A stretch of DNA of 64,000 nucleotides, from NCBI GenBank assembly GCA_963836755.1, contig CAWIKF010000001.1:96001-160000 (forward strand), written 5' to 3'. The notes under the pieces were generated by a model. It saw only the letters and a list, made by a program, of their open reading frames with translations. It did no database searches and was not told the DNA's origin. The stretch is from an uncultured Verrucomicrobiae bacterium (GTDB taxonomy: Bacteria > Verrucomicrobiota > Verrucomicrobiia > Chthoniobacterales > Chthoniobacteraceae). The translations under genes and the position numbers were made by a program. Positions 28,214-40,065 of the stretch are shown here, piece after piece. Within the stretch, counting starts at the first letter, position 1. Each line of letters opens with the position of its first letter.

Positions 28214-31200
28214 CTAGCGCGCGGCGCCGTGCGGATCGACGTTCTCGTCCGTGGTCGTTTCCGCACCGAGCAGGCTCTCGATGTCCTCGTCGGAAAGCGA
28301 TTCGAGATCGACCTCCTCGGTCGCCACGACTTCGGCAGGCGCTGCGGCCGGTGCCGGCGCGGCCGCCGTGGTCTTGCCGCCCATGTGGCCGGCGATGAGC
28401 GTGGCGATCTGGCCAATGGTGCGGGCGCGCATAAGGCTCGTTGGGGGAAGGGCGACGCCGGTGGTTGCTTCGAGCGAATTCTCGATTTCGACGCCCATTA
28501 ACGAATCCAAACCGAGATCGGTCAGCGGTTGGTCGTCGCGAAGACTGTCCGGTTTCACGCGCAGGACGGAGCCGACGACTTCGCGCACGGCGGCAGCAAT
28601 GATCGGCTCGCGTTCATTTGCTGGAGCTGATTCGATCTTATTTCGCCAGTCGCTCGTCACGCCGCCGCCTTCCTGATTTTCGACGGATGAGAGGATGCGT
28701 TCGAGCAGCGGATTTTCGGTCATGCTGCGGAAGAACTGCCGCCACTTCGCCCAATCCACGCGGATCGCGGCGACCTGCGTATTGCCGGCGACGAGCGACG
28801 ATTCGAGGATCGACATCACTTCGCCTGGCGAGAGTTCAGTCGTGCCTTGCCGCGCGAGGAATTCGGCGACGCGTTCGTTGCGCGCAACGTAGCCTTCGCC
28901 GCCGAGCACGCCCCAGTTCATCGTGAGCGCGGGCAGGCCGAGTGCGCGACGGTGATGCGCGAGCGAGTCGAGGAAGGCATTGGCCGCGCCGTAATTTCCC
29001 TGCGCTGGATTTCCGAAGATGGTCGAGATGGACGAGAACATGACGAAGCAATCGAGCTTCATGTCGCGCGTGCCTTTGTGCAGCAGCCATGCGCCGTAGG
29101 CCTTCGGCGCCATGACGGTGCGCATCCGTTCGCGGTTGAGCGCGGCGAGCGGCGCGTCGTCGATGACCATCGCGAGATGGAAGACCCCGCGCAGCGGTTG
29201 ATCGCCCGCGCGAATTTCCGCAAGCAGTCGCGCGATGTCTTTGTCCGAGCCGGCGTCGGCTTTCACCACGCGCACGCCGATGCCGCGGTCGCGCAGGCTT
29301 TGCACGAAGGCTTCGCGTCTCGGGTGTCGCGGCGCCGCTGCGGCTGCTGAGCACGAGGTGCCGCGCGCCGCATTTCACCAGCCATTCGGCGAGCACTTTG
29401 CCGAAGCCGCCGAACGCGCCGGTGATGAGATAGCAGCCGTCCGGCTTGATCGCGAACGGCGGCGGGAGCGGTTCGCCGCGGCGCGGCACGAAGGCTTCGG
29501 GGAATGACGACGACGACTTTGCCGATGTGCTTGCCGCTCGCCATGAGCCGGAACGCGGCGTCGATGCGGCACGCCGGGAAGGCGCGGAACGGCAGCGGGG
29601 CGAGCGCGCCCTTTTCCACGAGCGCGGCGATTTCGCCGAGCATGTCGCGCGTGAGCGATTCGTCGCCGCTGAAGACGGCGTCCATCGCGACGACGTGGAA
29701 GGAGGCGTTGCGGCGCAGATTCCACAGCGGGATGCGCGAGTTTTGGTAGATGTCGCGCTTGCCGATTTCGATGAAGCGGCCGAACTCCGAGAGGCACGAG
29801 AGGCCCATCGGAATGGCTTCGGCGGCGAGTGCGTTGAGGACGACATCCACGCCGCGGCGGTCCGGTGAGTTCCATCACGGCTTCGGCGAAATCGCCGCGG
29901 CGCGAATCGATCACGTGCTTCACGCCGAGCGTTTCAAGCAGGGCGCGCTTGGTCGCGCTGCCGGCGCTGGCGATGACGGTCGCGCCGAGATGGTGCGCGA
30001 TCTGAATCGCCGCCATGCCGACGCCGCCCGCGCCCGCGTGGACGAGAATCGTTTCGCCCTTGCGGATGCGCGCGACGTTTTTCAGCGCGTGCCACGAAGT
30101 CATGAAGACGACTGGCAGCGTCGCCGCTTCCTCGAACGAAAGCTTGCCGGGGATGCGGCGCACATCGCCGCCGCGCGCGAGCGTCTGCGTGGCGAGGCCG
30201 AAGACGGCGAGGCCGAAGACGCGGTCGCCGGGCGCGACGTGCGTGACGTCGCTGCCGACCGCGCGGACGATGCCGCCGATTTCGTCGCCGAAGATGCGCG
30301 CGTCCGGAGCTTCGCCGGGGTAAAGCGCGAGCGCCTTGAGCACATCGCGGAAGTTCATGCCCGCGGCTTTGACATCAATGAGCACTTCATTCGGCGCGCA
30401 CGCTGGCAGTGCGAATGGCGCGAAGCGCAGCGTGTCGAGGTGGCCGCGCTCGCGCGATTCCAGGCGCAGCGGGATTTCTGGCGCGAGCGTTTGCTGCACG
30501 GTCGGGCGGCCGCGCGAGAGGCGCTGCACGTAGCGCGCGTCGCCGCGGAAGGCGACTTCGCGCTCGATGTCGGCGCGCTGCAATTCGCGCCAGAGCAAGG
30601 CGGCATCAGCCTCGGAAGGCGACGGCGGCAAGTCGATGCCGCGGCAGGCGAGATTCGAGTATTCGTTGAGGATGACGCGGAAAAGTCCGACGGCGGGCGC
30701 TTGCGCGACGGTCGTGGCGAACGGCTCGCGGCCCACGGCTTGCGCGCCGCGCGTGATAGCGTCGATGCGCACTTTGCCGCCGGGGTTTGTAGCTTCGAGC
30801 GCCTGCGCGAGGTGCAGCAGCGCGTCGGTGCCCATGAGCGCGTCGGCGGGTTCGGCGGGAGCGTCGAGATTCCACAAATAGACGATGCGCTCGACCGGCG
30901 GTTCGAGGAGCTGCTTCAAATCTTCCGGTGCCTCCGCGCGCAAGACGGTGCGGCAGCGGGCACCGGCGGCGCGAATCTGCGCGGCGAGTTTTGCGCCGAG
31001 TCCGGCGGCATCGGCGAAGATGAGCCAGGATTTTTCGGCGGGCGCATCGGTCGGTGTGGACGCGATGGGCAGTGTGGACCACGCCTTTCGCGCGAGGGCA
31101 CAGAACTGGCCCTCACCGCCGGTCGGACCGATGAGGCCGGGGAGCGATGCGGTCTCGCTGAAGCCCACGCCCAGCAGCGCGCGCTCCCACTGCGCGCGGT

Positions 31201-34200
31201 CGAGCAGCGGCTGCTCGGGGCGCAGATCGCGGTCGGTGAAACGCCACCAGCCGCTGGTGAGGCCGAAGACGGTTTCGGTCCAAAGCATCGGCGTCGAGGT
31301 GTCCATGAAGACGAGGCTGCCGCCGGGGGCGAGCAGGTCGCGCAGGTGGCCGAGCGTCGCGCGCACGTCGCTCACGGCGTGGAGCACATTGGTGCCGATG
31401 ACGAAGTCGAACGAGTCCGCGGCGAGGTCTTGCTCGGTGCCGGATTTTTCGAGGTCGAAAATCTTGCACTCGACTTCGGGAAACGCGGCGAGCTTTTGCA
31501 TCGCGCCGGGGAAGAAGCCCGCGGACACGTCGGTGAATGTGTAGCTGTGCAGTCCGCGCTGGAGCAGCGGGAGGACGTGCGCGGCGAGGCCGGCGGTGCC
31601 GCCGCCGACTTCGAGGATGCGCAGGCCGCGGCCCTCGGGCAGATGGCGCTCGGCCTCCTGCAACGTCGCGGCGATGGCCGCGAGCCACTGGCTGGTGTAG
31701 AGGCCGTCGCCGTAAAATTGGTCGAGCAAGTCTGCATTGGAGCCGGCGAAGAGCACTTGAACGGCTTCTTTTTCACCGCGCAAAATCGGGCCCAGTTCGG
31801 CGCAATTTCCGGCGCAGAGCAGCGCCTCGGGAAGGTGGCCGGACTGCGAGCCGACGAACGCGCGCATTGTCTTCGTCGCGTTTTTCGCGGCGGTGGAAAA
31901 TGTGGGCGTCGCGCGGTAGGCGTCGGCTTCTTTTGTCAAAAGTCCGCGCTTCACGAGTGTGGACATGAGGCGCTCGAAAACGGGCTGCATCGCGGCGGCG
32001 ACCTTGAGCGACTTCGCGCTGAATTTTCCGCGTGCGCCCATGTCGCGCAGGCCGCGCGCGAGCTGTGATGCGGCGAGGTCGTCGCCAGCGCACATTGCGG
32101 CTTGGAGTTCTTCGCGGCCGCGCGTGGCGAGGACTTCGTCGAGCGCGTGTGCGGCGGCGGCGTGGAGTTGTTCGAGCGGGAGTGGCTTGGACGGAGTGGG
32201 CGCGACGGACGCGGGCGTGCGTTCCCAATCGACGTGATAAAGCACGTCGCGCGTGCCGCCTGAAACGCCTGCGCGGCGGATGCCGGCGACGCTGATGGCG
32301 CGGAAGCCATCGACGAGCACGCACGGCTGGCCGGCGTCGTCGTAGATGCCGAGGCGGCCCTCGAAGAATTCGTCGTTGCAGTGGACTACGCTCGCGCGCA
32401 CGCGCGCCGACGCGCCGGGCGTGCGGAGGAAAAGGATGCGTCCGAAACGCACCGGCAGCTTCATGCTCGAGCCGCGCGTCTCGACCGTCGAGCGGCCCGC
32501 GGAGAGGACGTGCAGCGCGCCATCGAGCAGCACGGGGTGCAGCGGATATTCGTCCGCGCGCTTCGCGATTTCCTCCGAGAGCGCGACGCGGCCCTGCGAT
32601 TCACCCGCCGCCGCCGAGAGCTCGCGGACCGATCGGAACTCATCGCCGTATTTCAAGCCGAGGTCGGCCATGTAGCGGTAGAATGCCTCGACCTCGACAG
32701 GCTGCAGCGACGGATTTGCGTCGAGCGTCGAGTGGGCAAACGGCGACTCGGTGCGCTCGCCGCGCATCGAGCCGACGACGTGCAGCGACCACGACGCGCT
32801 GTTTTCAAAGCGGCTCTGAATGGCGAACGTGCGCTCGTTTTGATCGTAGGAAAACTCGATGCTCACGCCGGACGCGGGCTCGGGCAGGATGAGCGGTTTC
32901 CGGATTTCGAAATCCTCGACGACGAACGCGCGGCCCTCGAACAACTGCACGCCGGCTTCGAGCACCAGCTCGACGAATCCGGCGGCGGGGAAGATGACAT
33001 GACTGTCCACTTTGTGGTCCTTGAGGAAGGCCATGTGGCGCGCGTCGAGGCGCGCGACCCACGTGGGCGTGGCGCGCGGCAGACGGACATCGAACATGCC
33101 GCGTCCGCCGGGCGCGAGGCGGCCTTCGCGCCAATCGGCGGCTTCGTTCCACCAGCGCGCTTTGTCCCACGCGTAGGCGGGCAGCGCGAGCAGGCGGCGC
33201 GAGGGCGTCATCGCGGCGAAGTCGAGTGCGACGCCGGCGCGGTGCAGGTCGGTCGCGGTTTCGAGCAGCGACTCGTGCTCGCGTTCTCGGCGGGCGGAGG
33301 AAAAGACAGGCGCCTTAGTGGTGCGCGCGGCGAGACATTCGTTGATGGATTGGACGAGCGCGGGATGCGCGCCGATTTCGAGCCACACGTCCACGCCGAA
33401 ATCCGCGAGCGCATTCACCGCGGGCGCAAACTGCACGGGCTGCCGCACGCCGCGGCCCCAGTGCTCTGCGTCGCACGTTTCGCCCGCGCAGCGTTCGCCG
33501 GTGACGGTGCTGAAAAATGGAATCGTGTCCGGCTGCGGCGCGAGATCGGCGATGGCAGCTTCGAGTTCCTCGGACGCGGGCCGCATGAGCGGGTGATGGA
33601 ACGGATGATCGACGCGCACGAGCCGCGCGAAGACGCCTTGCGGTTCCAGTTCGGCGAGCATCGCTTCGAGCGAAAGGCGCGGGCCGGCGAGGGTCAACGA
33701 ACGCGGGCCGTTGATCGCGGCGATCGTGACCGTGCGGTCGTGGCGCGAGATGAGCGTGCGCGCTTCGTCTTCGCCGAGGCCGACGGCGAGCATGGTGCCT
33801 TCGCCGCGCGCGCAGCCATCCATGAAACGCGAACGCAGCACGATGACGCGCGCGCCTTCCTCAATGCTGAACACACCGGCAACGCACGCTGCGGCGATCT
33901 CGCCAACGCTGTGCCCGACCACCGCCGCCGGCTCGATGCCCCACGAACTCCACAGCGCCGCGAGCGACACCTGCATCGCGAAAATCGCGGGCTGCGCGAC
34001 TTCGGTGCGGTGCATTTGCGACGCCGCTTCGTCGCGCGCGAGTTCGTCGAGCAGCGAAAATTTCGCCCACGGTTTCATTGCGACGGCGCAGCGCTCCATC
34101 GTTGCGCGGAAGACCGGTTCGTGCCGCATAAGTTCGCGGCCCATGCCCCACCATTGCGGACCCTGGCCGCTCATCACGAAGGCCACGCGCGGCGCGTGCT

Positions 34201-35805
34201 CGGGGCGCGGGGTGAAGCTCGTGCGCGCCTTCACCGTCTCGCCTTTGACCCCGAATGCGTCGAGTTCCTGCACCAATTCGGGCATCGAATTCGCGATGAC
34301 GGTGAGGCGGTGCTGATGATGATTGCGGCGCGCGCCGAGCGAGTAGACGAGGTCGGGCAGCATCGGCGAATCACCGTTGGCGTGCGCGCGCTCGTCGAGC
34401 CACTTCGCGAGCTGGAGCGCGGTGCCGCGCAGCGCTTCTTCCGAACGCGCGGAGAGGACGATGGGCCAAGGGCGTTCGACGGGTTCGTCGGCATGTTCAT
34501 GGTGCGGGCGATGCGGCGGCTCCTCGAGGAGGACGTGCGCGTTCGCGCCGCCGAAGCCAAATGAGTTCACGCCCGCCATGCGCGGCCCGACCGTTTCGGG
34601 GAAAGGCTCGAGCGTGGTGTTTACGCGGAGCTTCAGCTTCTCGAAATCGATGTTCGGATTCGGCGTTTCAAAATGGAGATTCGCGGGAATCTGCCGGTGC
34701 TTGAGGACGAGCACGGCTTTGACGAGGCCGGCGACGCCCGCGGCGGTTTCCAAGTGGCCGAGGTTCGTTTTCACCGAGCCGATGACGAGCGGCTCCGTGC
34801 GGTCGGCGCAGAGTGCTTCCGCGAGCGCGTGAGCCTCAATCGGATCGCCGACCGCGGTGCCGGTGCCGTGCGCTTCGACGAAGCCGATCCGCGAGGGCGC
34901 GACGCCCGCGAGCTCGCAGGCGTCCTTCACGAGCTGCGCCTGCGCCTCGGGGCTCGGGAGCGAAATGCCGTTCGTGTGGCCGTCTTGATTCAGCGCGGTC
35001 GCGACGATGACGCCGTGGATCGGGTCGCCGTCGGCGACGGCCTGCGAGTAGCGCTTGAGCAGCACCATGCCCGCGCCTTCGCCGCGCACGAAGCCGTTCG
35101 CGGAGGCGTCGAACGCCTTGCACTTTGCCCTCGGGCGAAAGCATCGACGCCTGCGAAAAGCCGATGAAGCCGCCAGGGGTGATCATCACCGTCACGCCGC
35201 CCGCGAGCGCGGTGTCGCCGCGGCCGGAGCGGATGTGCTCGCACGCCGCATGCACGGCGGTGAGCGCGGACGAGCATGCCGTGTCCATCGCGACGCTCGG
35301 TCCGCGCAGGTTCAGGCAGTAGGAAATCCGGTTGGCGGCGATGCTGTGCGCGCTGCCCGTCGGCGAATGCGCGGTGATGCCCGTGCGACTCCCACGGCGT
35401 GCCTTGGATCACTTGGTAATCATTGTGCGAAATGCCGACGAACACGCCGATGTCGGTGCCGTTTTCAAAATCGAGAACCAAACCTGCGTCTTCGATCGCC
35501 TCCCAGGCCGTCTCAAGAAGGAGACGTTGCTGGGGATCGACGTAGGGCGCCTCGCGCGGTGAGATCCCGAAAAACTGCGGGTCAAACTGATCGATGCCAT
35601 CAATGAAGCCGCCGCGCCGCGCGACTGACTTTCCGACAATTCCTGGCTCGGCATCGTAAAAACGCTCGACATTCCACCGATCGGGCGGCACGTCGCCAAC
35701 GGCCTCGCGACCCTCGACTAAAAGTTTCCAGAGCGCGTCCGGGTCGTTGACTCCTCCGGGAAATCGGCAACCAATTCCGATGATGGCAATGCGGTCTTTG
35801 GGCAT
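28214..35805 (-). CDS. Single-module highly reducing type I PKS KS-AT-DH-cMT-ER-KR-ACP (about 2528 aa after removing five +1 insertions near 35389, 35125, 29862, 29505, 29318)
   Basis: KS DTACSS, HGTGT, NLGHLE; AT GHSVG, HPFH; DH HKVDSHVIFP; MT LEVGGGTAG, NVLH; ER HAGAGGVG; KR ITGAFGGFG, IDD, NYGAAN; ACP LGLDSL. Confidence 0.9.
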
Positions 35806-35974
35806 AAACTTTTAGCGTGCTGGAAGCGCGCGATTCACAGGTCGCAACACGGTTTCGTCAAGGTTCGATTTTTGTGCGGAGTTTTCAAAGCCTCCGCCTA
35901 TTGGACCTTGGTCTTACTCCGCTGGCACAAGAAACCCGTCGCCAACCAATGGCGTCCGCGTTAGAGGAAGAAAC

Positions 35975-37909
35975 ATGTGCGGCATCGCAGGCATTCTTGA
36001 TCTCTCCGCGCGACGCACGGTGCCCGGCGAGATTGCCCGACAAATGGCCCGCGCCCTCGTGCATCGCGGTCCGGATGAAGAGGGTTTTCATTTCCGACCC
36101 GGCCTCGCGCTCGCCTCGCGCCGGTTGAGCATTGTCGGCCTCGCGGATGGGCAGCAGCCGGTGACGAACGAGGACGGGAGCGTTGTCGTGGTTTTCAACG
36201 GCGAACTTTTCGATCATCTCGAAAAACGCGCGGAGCTGGAGGCGCGCGGACATCGATTGGTGAAGCACTGCGACACGGAGATCATTCCGCACCTTTGGGA
36301 GGAACATCAGCACGCGATGTGGGAGCGGCTGCGCGGGCAGTTTGCGATTGCGCTTTGGGACGAGCGACGACGGCGGCTCGCGCTCGGCCGCGACCGCTTC
36401 GGAATCTGTCCGCTCTACTGGACGCGGCAGGGCGACTGGCTGCTCTTTGCGTCGGAAATTAAGGCGCTGCTTGCGTCGGGGATGGTGCCCGTGCGGCCGG
36501 ACCGGCGCGGCATCGATCACATTTTTTCTTTCGCCGCGCTGCCGGGACCGATCACGTGCTTCGAGGGCGTGCAGTTGCTGCGCGCCGGGCACTACCTCGA
36601 CATCGCGCCGGGCGGTGAAATCGTGGAGCGGGCCTATTGGGAAATGGATTTCCCCGACCATGGTGACGAGGAGCGCGGTGACGATCCGCGGAAACTCGTG
36701 GATGAATTTGAGCGGGTCCTACTGCGTGCGGTGGATACGCGGTTAAAAGCGGACGTGCCGGTCGGCTCGTATCTGTCCGGGGGCGTCGATTCCAGCATGA
36801 TCGCGGCGCTGGCCTGCCATTTGAAAGGCTCGGCAATCAACACCTACACGATTCGCGTGGATTCTCCCGAGCTGGACGAACTCGATGCTGCCAACCTCGT
36901 CGCGCGGCACATCAAGACAAAGCCGCCGGTCGTGCAGGAGTTTCGCGACAAGGACGCGGTAAATACTTATCCCGAGCTGATCCGAGCCGCCGAAGCGCCG
37001 GTGATCGATACGTCGTGCGCGGCGCTGCTGCAGCTCGCGCGGCGCGTGCACGAGTGCGGGCAAAAAGTTGTGCTCACCGGCGAGGGCGCAGACGAATGGC
37101 TGGTCGGCTACCCATGGTATAAGGCGGCGAAGGTGATGGAGTATCTCGACATTCTGCCCGGCGTGCGGCTGAGCGACATGGCGCGGCGCAGCTATCTGCG
37201 GCTGAACAAAGTGCCGCAATACCCGCGCGAATTTCGACGCGATGCCGAAGCTGCGGTTGGCGGCCCGAATGCGTGGATCGATTCCTACGGCCTGCTCGGC
37301 CTCTCAAAGCTCCGCTTTTACTCCGACTCGATGCACGCCATCCGCGAGCGGGCGAGGCCGTGGGAAGATTTGCAGATGCCGCTCGAACGCGCCAAGCGAT
37401 GGCATCCGCTCAACCGCGGCATCTGGATCGCGGGCCGCGTCACGCTCGCGGGACATTTGCTTCAGGCGAAGGGTGATCGCGTGTCGATGCATTCCTCCGT
37501 GGAAGTGCGGTATCCGTTTCTCGACGAGGAAGTTTTCGATTTCACGTCGCGCCTCGATCCGATGTGGAAATTGCGCGGCTTTCGCGACAAGCATCTGCTG
37601 CGAATGCTCGCAGAGCGGTGGCTGCCGGCGTCAGTTTATCGGCGCCAAAAGGTCATCTTCCGCGCGCCGCTCGACAGTTTCCACATGGACCCGGAGCCGC
37701 CTTACGTGGCGCAGCTTTTGAGCGAAGAATCGCTCTTGCGCACCGGCTACTTTGATCCCATCGCGGTGCAGCATTGGCGGCGCGCCTTTCGCCAAATGCG
37801 GCCGGGTTCATTGCCGCGGCTCTCGATTGAAGGCGGCCTCGCGGCAGTCGTGGCGACGCAGCTTTGGCACCACCTCTACATTGACGCTAGCCTCGCTGAA
37901 CTGCCATAG
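35975..37909 (+). CDS. asnB: Asparagine synthetase B-like glutamine amidotransferase
   Basis: MCGIAG N-terminal Cys, HRGPD, VFNGE, LSGGVDSS, VLTGEGADE, EVRYPFLD. Confidence 0.93.
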   Translation: MCGIAGILDLSARRTVPGEIARQMARALVHRGPDEEGFHFRPGLALASRRLSIVGLADGQQPVTNEDGSVVVVFNGELFDHLEKRAELEARGHRLVKHCDTEIIPHLWEEHQHAMWERLRGQFAIALWDERRRRLALGRDRFGICPLYWTRQGDWLLFASEIKALLASGMVPVRPDRRGIDHIFSFAALPGPITCFEGVQLLRAGHYLDIAPGGEIVERAYWEMDFPDHGDEERGDDPRKLVDEFERVLLRAVDTRLKADVPVGSYLSGGVDSSMIAALACHLKGSAINTYTIRVDSPELDELDAANLVARHIKTKPPVVQEFRDKDAVNTYPELIRAAEAPVIDTSCAALLQLARRVHECGQKVVLTGEGADEWLVGYPWYKAAKVMEYLDILPGVRLSDMARRSYLRLNKVPQYPREFRRDAEAAVGGPNAWIDSYGLLGLSKLRFYSDSMHAIRERARPWEDLQMPLERAKRWHPLNRGIWIAGRVTLAGHLLQAKGDRVSMHSSVEVRYPFLDEEVFDFTSRLDPMWKLRGFRDKHLLRMLAERWLPASVYRRQKVIFRAPLDSFHMDPEPPYVAQLLSEESLLRTGYFDPIAVQHWRRAFRQMRPGSLPRLSIEGGLAAVVATQLWHHLYIDASLAELP

Positions 37910-37912
37910 GCG

Positions 37913-38683
37913 TCACGGCAATTTCTCGAGGATCTCGCGCCCGCGCTGCTTCGTCTCCGGATCATCCTTTTCTGTATCAGGCATCGAGAGGCCCTTGGTG
38001 ATGAAGTTCCTCGCTTCCGCGGTTCTGCCCATCGCGGCATAGGTGCGACCGAGCTCGATGTAGTGCATGAGTCGATTCGGATTGAGCTCGATTGCTTTCT
38101 CGAAGCACTTCTCCGCATCTTCGTATTTTGCATGTGGCAGCTTGCCGTAGAGCATCTCCACCAGAGCGCGCTTTACGGTGCTCACATTGGCGACGTTGAA
38201 ATACCAGCGACCGAGGACATGCCAGCCGAAGTCGTTCGTCGGGTCGAGCGCGATCACCTTGTCGGCAGCCGCTTTGATCACGCTCGAGTTGGCAAACTGC
38301 TCCTTGTTGCTTTCAAATGGCAACAGCTTTCCGAGGCTGATGGCCAGCGCGAGGTGCGCCTCCGGGTCGTCCGGTGCTAGCGTCACCGCACGCTGCGAAT
38401 ACTCCACCGCCGTCTTGCCAAGCTCCACTTTTGCTTGGCGCTTCGTCGCGTCACTCATCAGATGCCGATATTGCCGCGCGATGCGCACCAGCAGGCGCGC
38501 GTTGTCTGGGTCCAGCTTTTCTGCCGGAAGATAAAAGTTCAGCGCCGCGGCCGGCTGTAGCTTGTCGTAAAAAACGTCGCCCTTTTGAATCAATTCCGTT
38601 GCCGAAACCGCACCGTTTCCCGTGCTCGCGAGTGCCAGCGCAGCCACTGCCGAGAGAGTGTAGACGAGAAAGGCGGGGCGCAT
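37913..38683 (-). CDS. Secreted TPR protein (RMD1-like helical repeats)
   Basis: Signal peptide; repeats AVTLAPDDPEAH, IALDPTND, AIELNPNR. Confidence 0.75.
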   Translation of the reverse strand: MRPAFLVYTLSAVAALALASTGNGAVSATELIQKGDVFYDKLQPAAALNFYLPAEKLDPDNARLLVRIARQYRHLMSDATKRQAKVELGKTAVEYSQRAVTLAPDDPEAHLALAISLGKLLPFESNKEQFANSSVIKAAADKVIALDPTNDFGWHVLGRWYFNVANVSTVKRALVEMLYGKLPHAKYEDAEKCFEKAIELNPNRLMHYIELGRTYAAMGRTAEARNFITKGLSMPDTEKDDPETKQRGREILEKLP

Positions 38684-38772
38684 GTCTTCGTAAGTCGGGG
38701 TCGGCTCTATTGATCATTCGTCGTCGCGGACTCCACCATCGAAAGTTCATCACGCCGACAATTTTTCAATGC

Positions 38773-40065
38773 TCATTTCTTCACCGCCGCCTCCACGAAC
38801 CGGCCCGCGTTTAGAAGCTCCGCTTCGCTCAGCCGCGGCCCGATCAATTGCAGGCTCGCCATGGGAAAGTGGTCATGACGCAGGGGAACCGGCACAGCCA
38901 GCGCGGGGTTGCCGGCGAAATTTGCCGGCACCGTATTTTGAAGCTGGAGCGTGATCGCTTCCATAATTCCTACTTTGAAATTGAGGGAATATACTGGCGG
39001 CGGCTTCTGCATCGTGGGCAGCGCAATGAAATCTACTTTCTTGAAAATCTCCTTCAGTGTGTGCTGCCACGCGGCTTGTCTCGCGAGAGCCTGACGGTAA
39101 GAGGTCCGGTAGGCTACCCGCCCTGCGAGGATTACCACCTTTGACCGAAGGCTCACTCCCAGCGCGTAGCGGTATTGGCTGTCGCTCAGCCAGGCTCCGG
39201 TGGCGGCAATGGCATTGCCATCTTTTTTTGCTTGCTCCCATTTGTTGGAAAAATCTTCGTCCAGCGGGATCACCTGAAAGCCCGCCTTGGCCAGCGCATG
39301 GTCCACGGCAAGGTCGACCTTCGGGTCCGTGTTATTCAGCTTTAGGCGTCCGATCCGGATAGTCGCCGCAGAAGGTTTGGCGACTTTCGCCGCTTCATAT
39401 TTGGCAGCGAAATCATTCTCCAGCAGTTCCATGCCCTGCACGGTGCGGGTGATATCTTTTGCCATCGGGCCGACGGTATCGAGGTGCTTCGGCTCGATCG
39501 GATGAATTCCTTTGAGAGAAACCAGGCCATGCGTCGTCTTCAAACCCACCACGCCGCAGCAAGCCGACGGCACTCGGATCGAGCCAGCCGTGTCCGTTCC
39601 GAAAGCTACGTCCGCCATTCCGCTCGCCACTGCTACCGCCGAGCCGCACGATGAACCTCCGGGGATGAGCTGTCGCAAGTGGTTGAATGGATTTTTTGGC
39701 GTTCCGAAATAATCGTTGATCCCGGACGGAGAGATCGCGAACTCAGTCAGATTCGTCTTGCCTACGAACTGCACACCGCGCTGCCGCGCAATCGCCAGAC
39801 ACGGCGCGTCCTTTTCTGCCGGCTTATGGGATTTCGCAAAAAGCTCCGAGCCCGCCGTGGTCACCACGCCCTTCATGTCGATGTTGTCCTTTACCGCCAG
39901 CCGCAGAGCGTGGCTGCCATGCGGCGGAGGCCAGTAGGCGATGAATGCGCGATTGCCCGAAAGTCTCGAATGAAAGCGCGGCAATATTGAACAACCGCCA
40001 AATAGGACGATTGATGCCAGCCCGACCGAAAACAATCTAAAGAAAGCGGGGCGAAAATCCTTCAT
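38773..40065 (-). CDS. Amidase signature family protein, probable lipoprotein
   Basis: AVKDNID, GKTNLTEFA, PGGSSCGS, GTDTAGSIRVP (Ser-cisSer-Lys triad); lipobox-like LFGGC. Confidence 0.9.
   Translation of the reverse strand: MKDFRPAFFRLFSVGLASIVLFGGCSILPRFHSRLSGNRAFIAYWPPPHGSHALRLAVKDNIDMKGVVTTAGSELFAKSHKPAEKDAPCLAIARQRGVQFVGKTNLTEFAISPSGINDYFGTPKNPFNHLRQLIPGGSSCGSAVAVASGMADVAFGTDTAGSIRVPSACCGVVGLKTTHGLVSLKGIHPIEPKHLDTVGPMAKDITRTVQGMELLENDFAAKYEAAKVAKPSAATIRIGRLKLNNTDPKVDLAVDHALAKAGFQVIPLDEDFSNKWEQAKKDGNAIAATGAWLSDSQYRYALGVSLRSKVVILAGRVAYRTSYRQALARQAAWQHTLKEIFKKVDFIALPTMQKPPPVYSLNFKVGIMEAITLQLQNTVPANFAGNPALAVPVPLRHDHFPMASLQLIGPRLSEAELLNAGRFVEAAVKK

Noticed and set aside
23987..34564. Long plus-strand ORFs of 527, 772 and 727 aa opposite the ABC and PKS genes (also 12897-14036)
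   Set aside because: Antisense shadows expected from high-GC codon usage; no domain motifs.
28214..35805. Multi-gene PKS or programmed ribosomal frameshifting
   Set aside because: Breaks fall inside domains, lack slippery sequences, and the same +1 pattern occurs in tkt and wzx.
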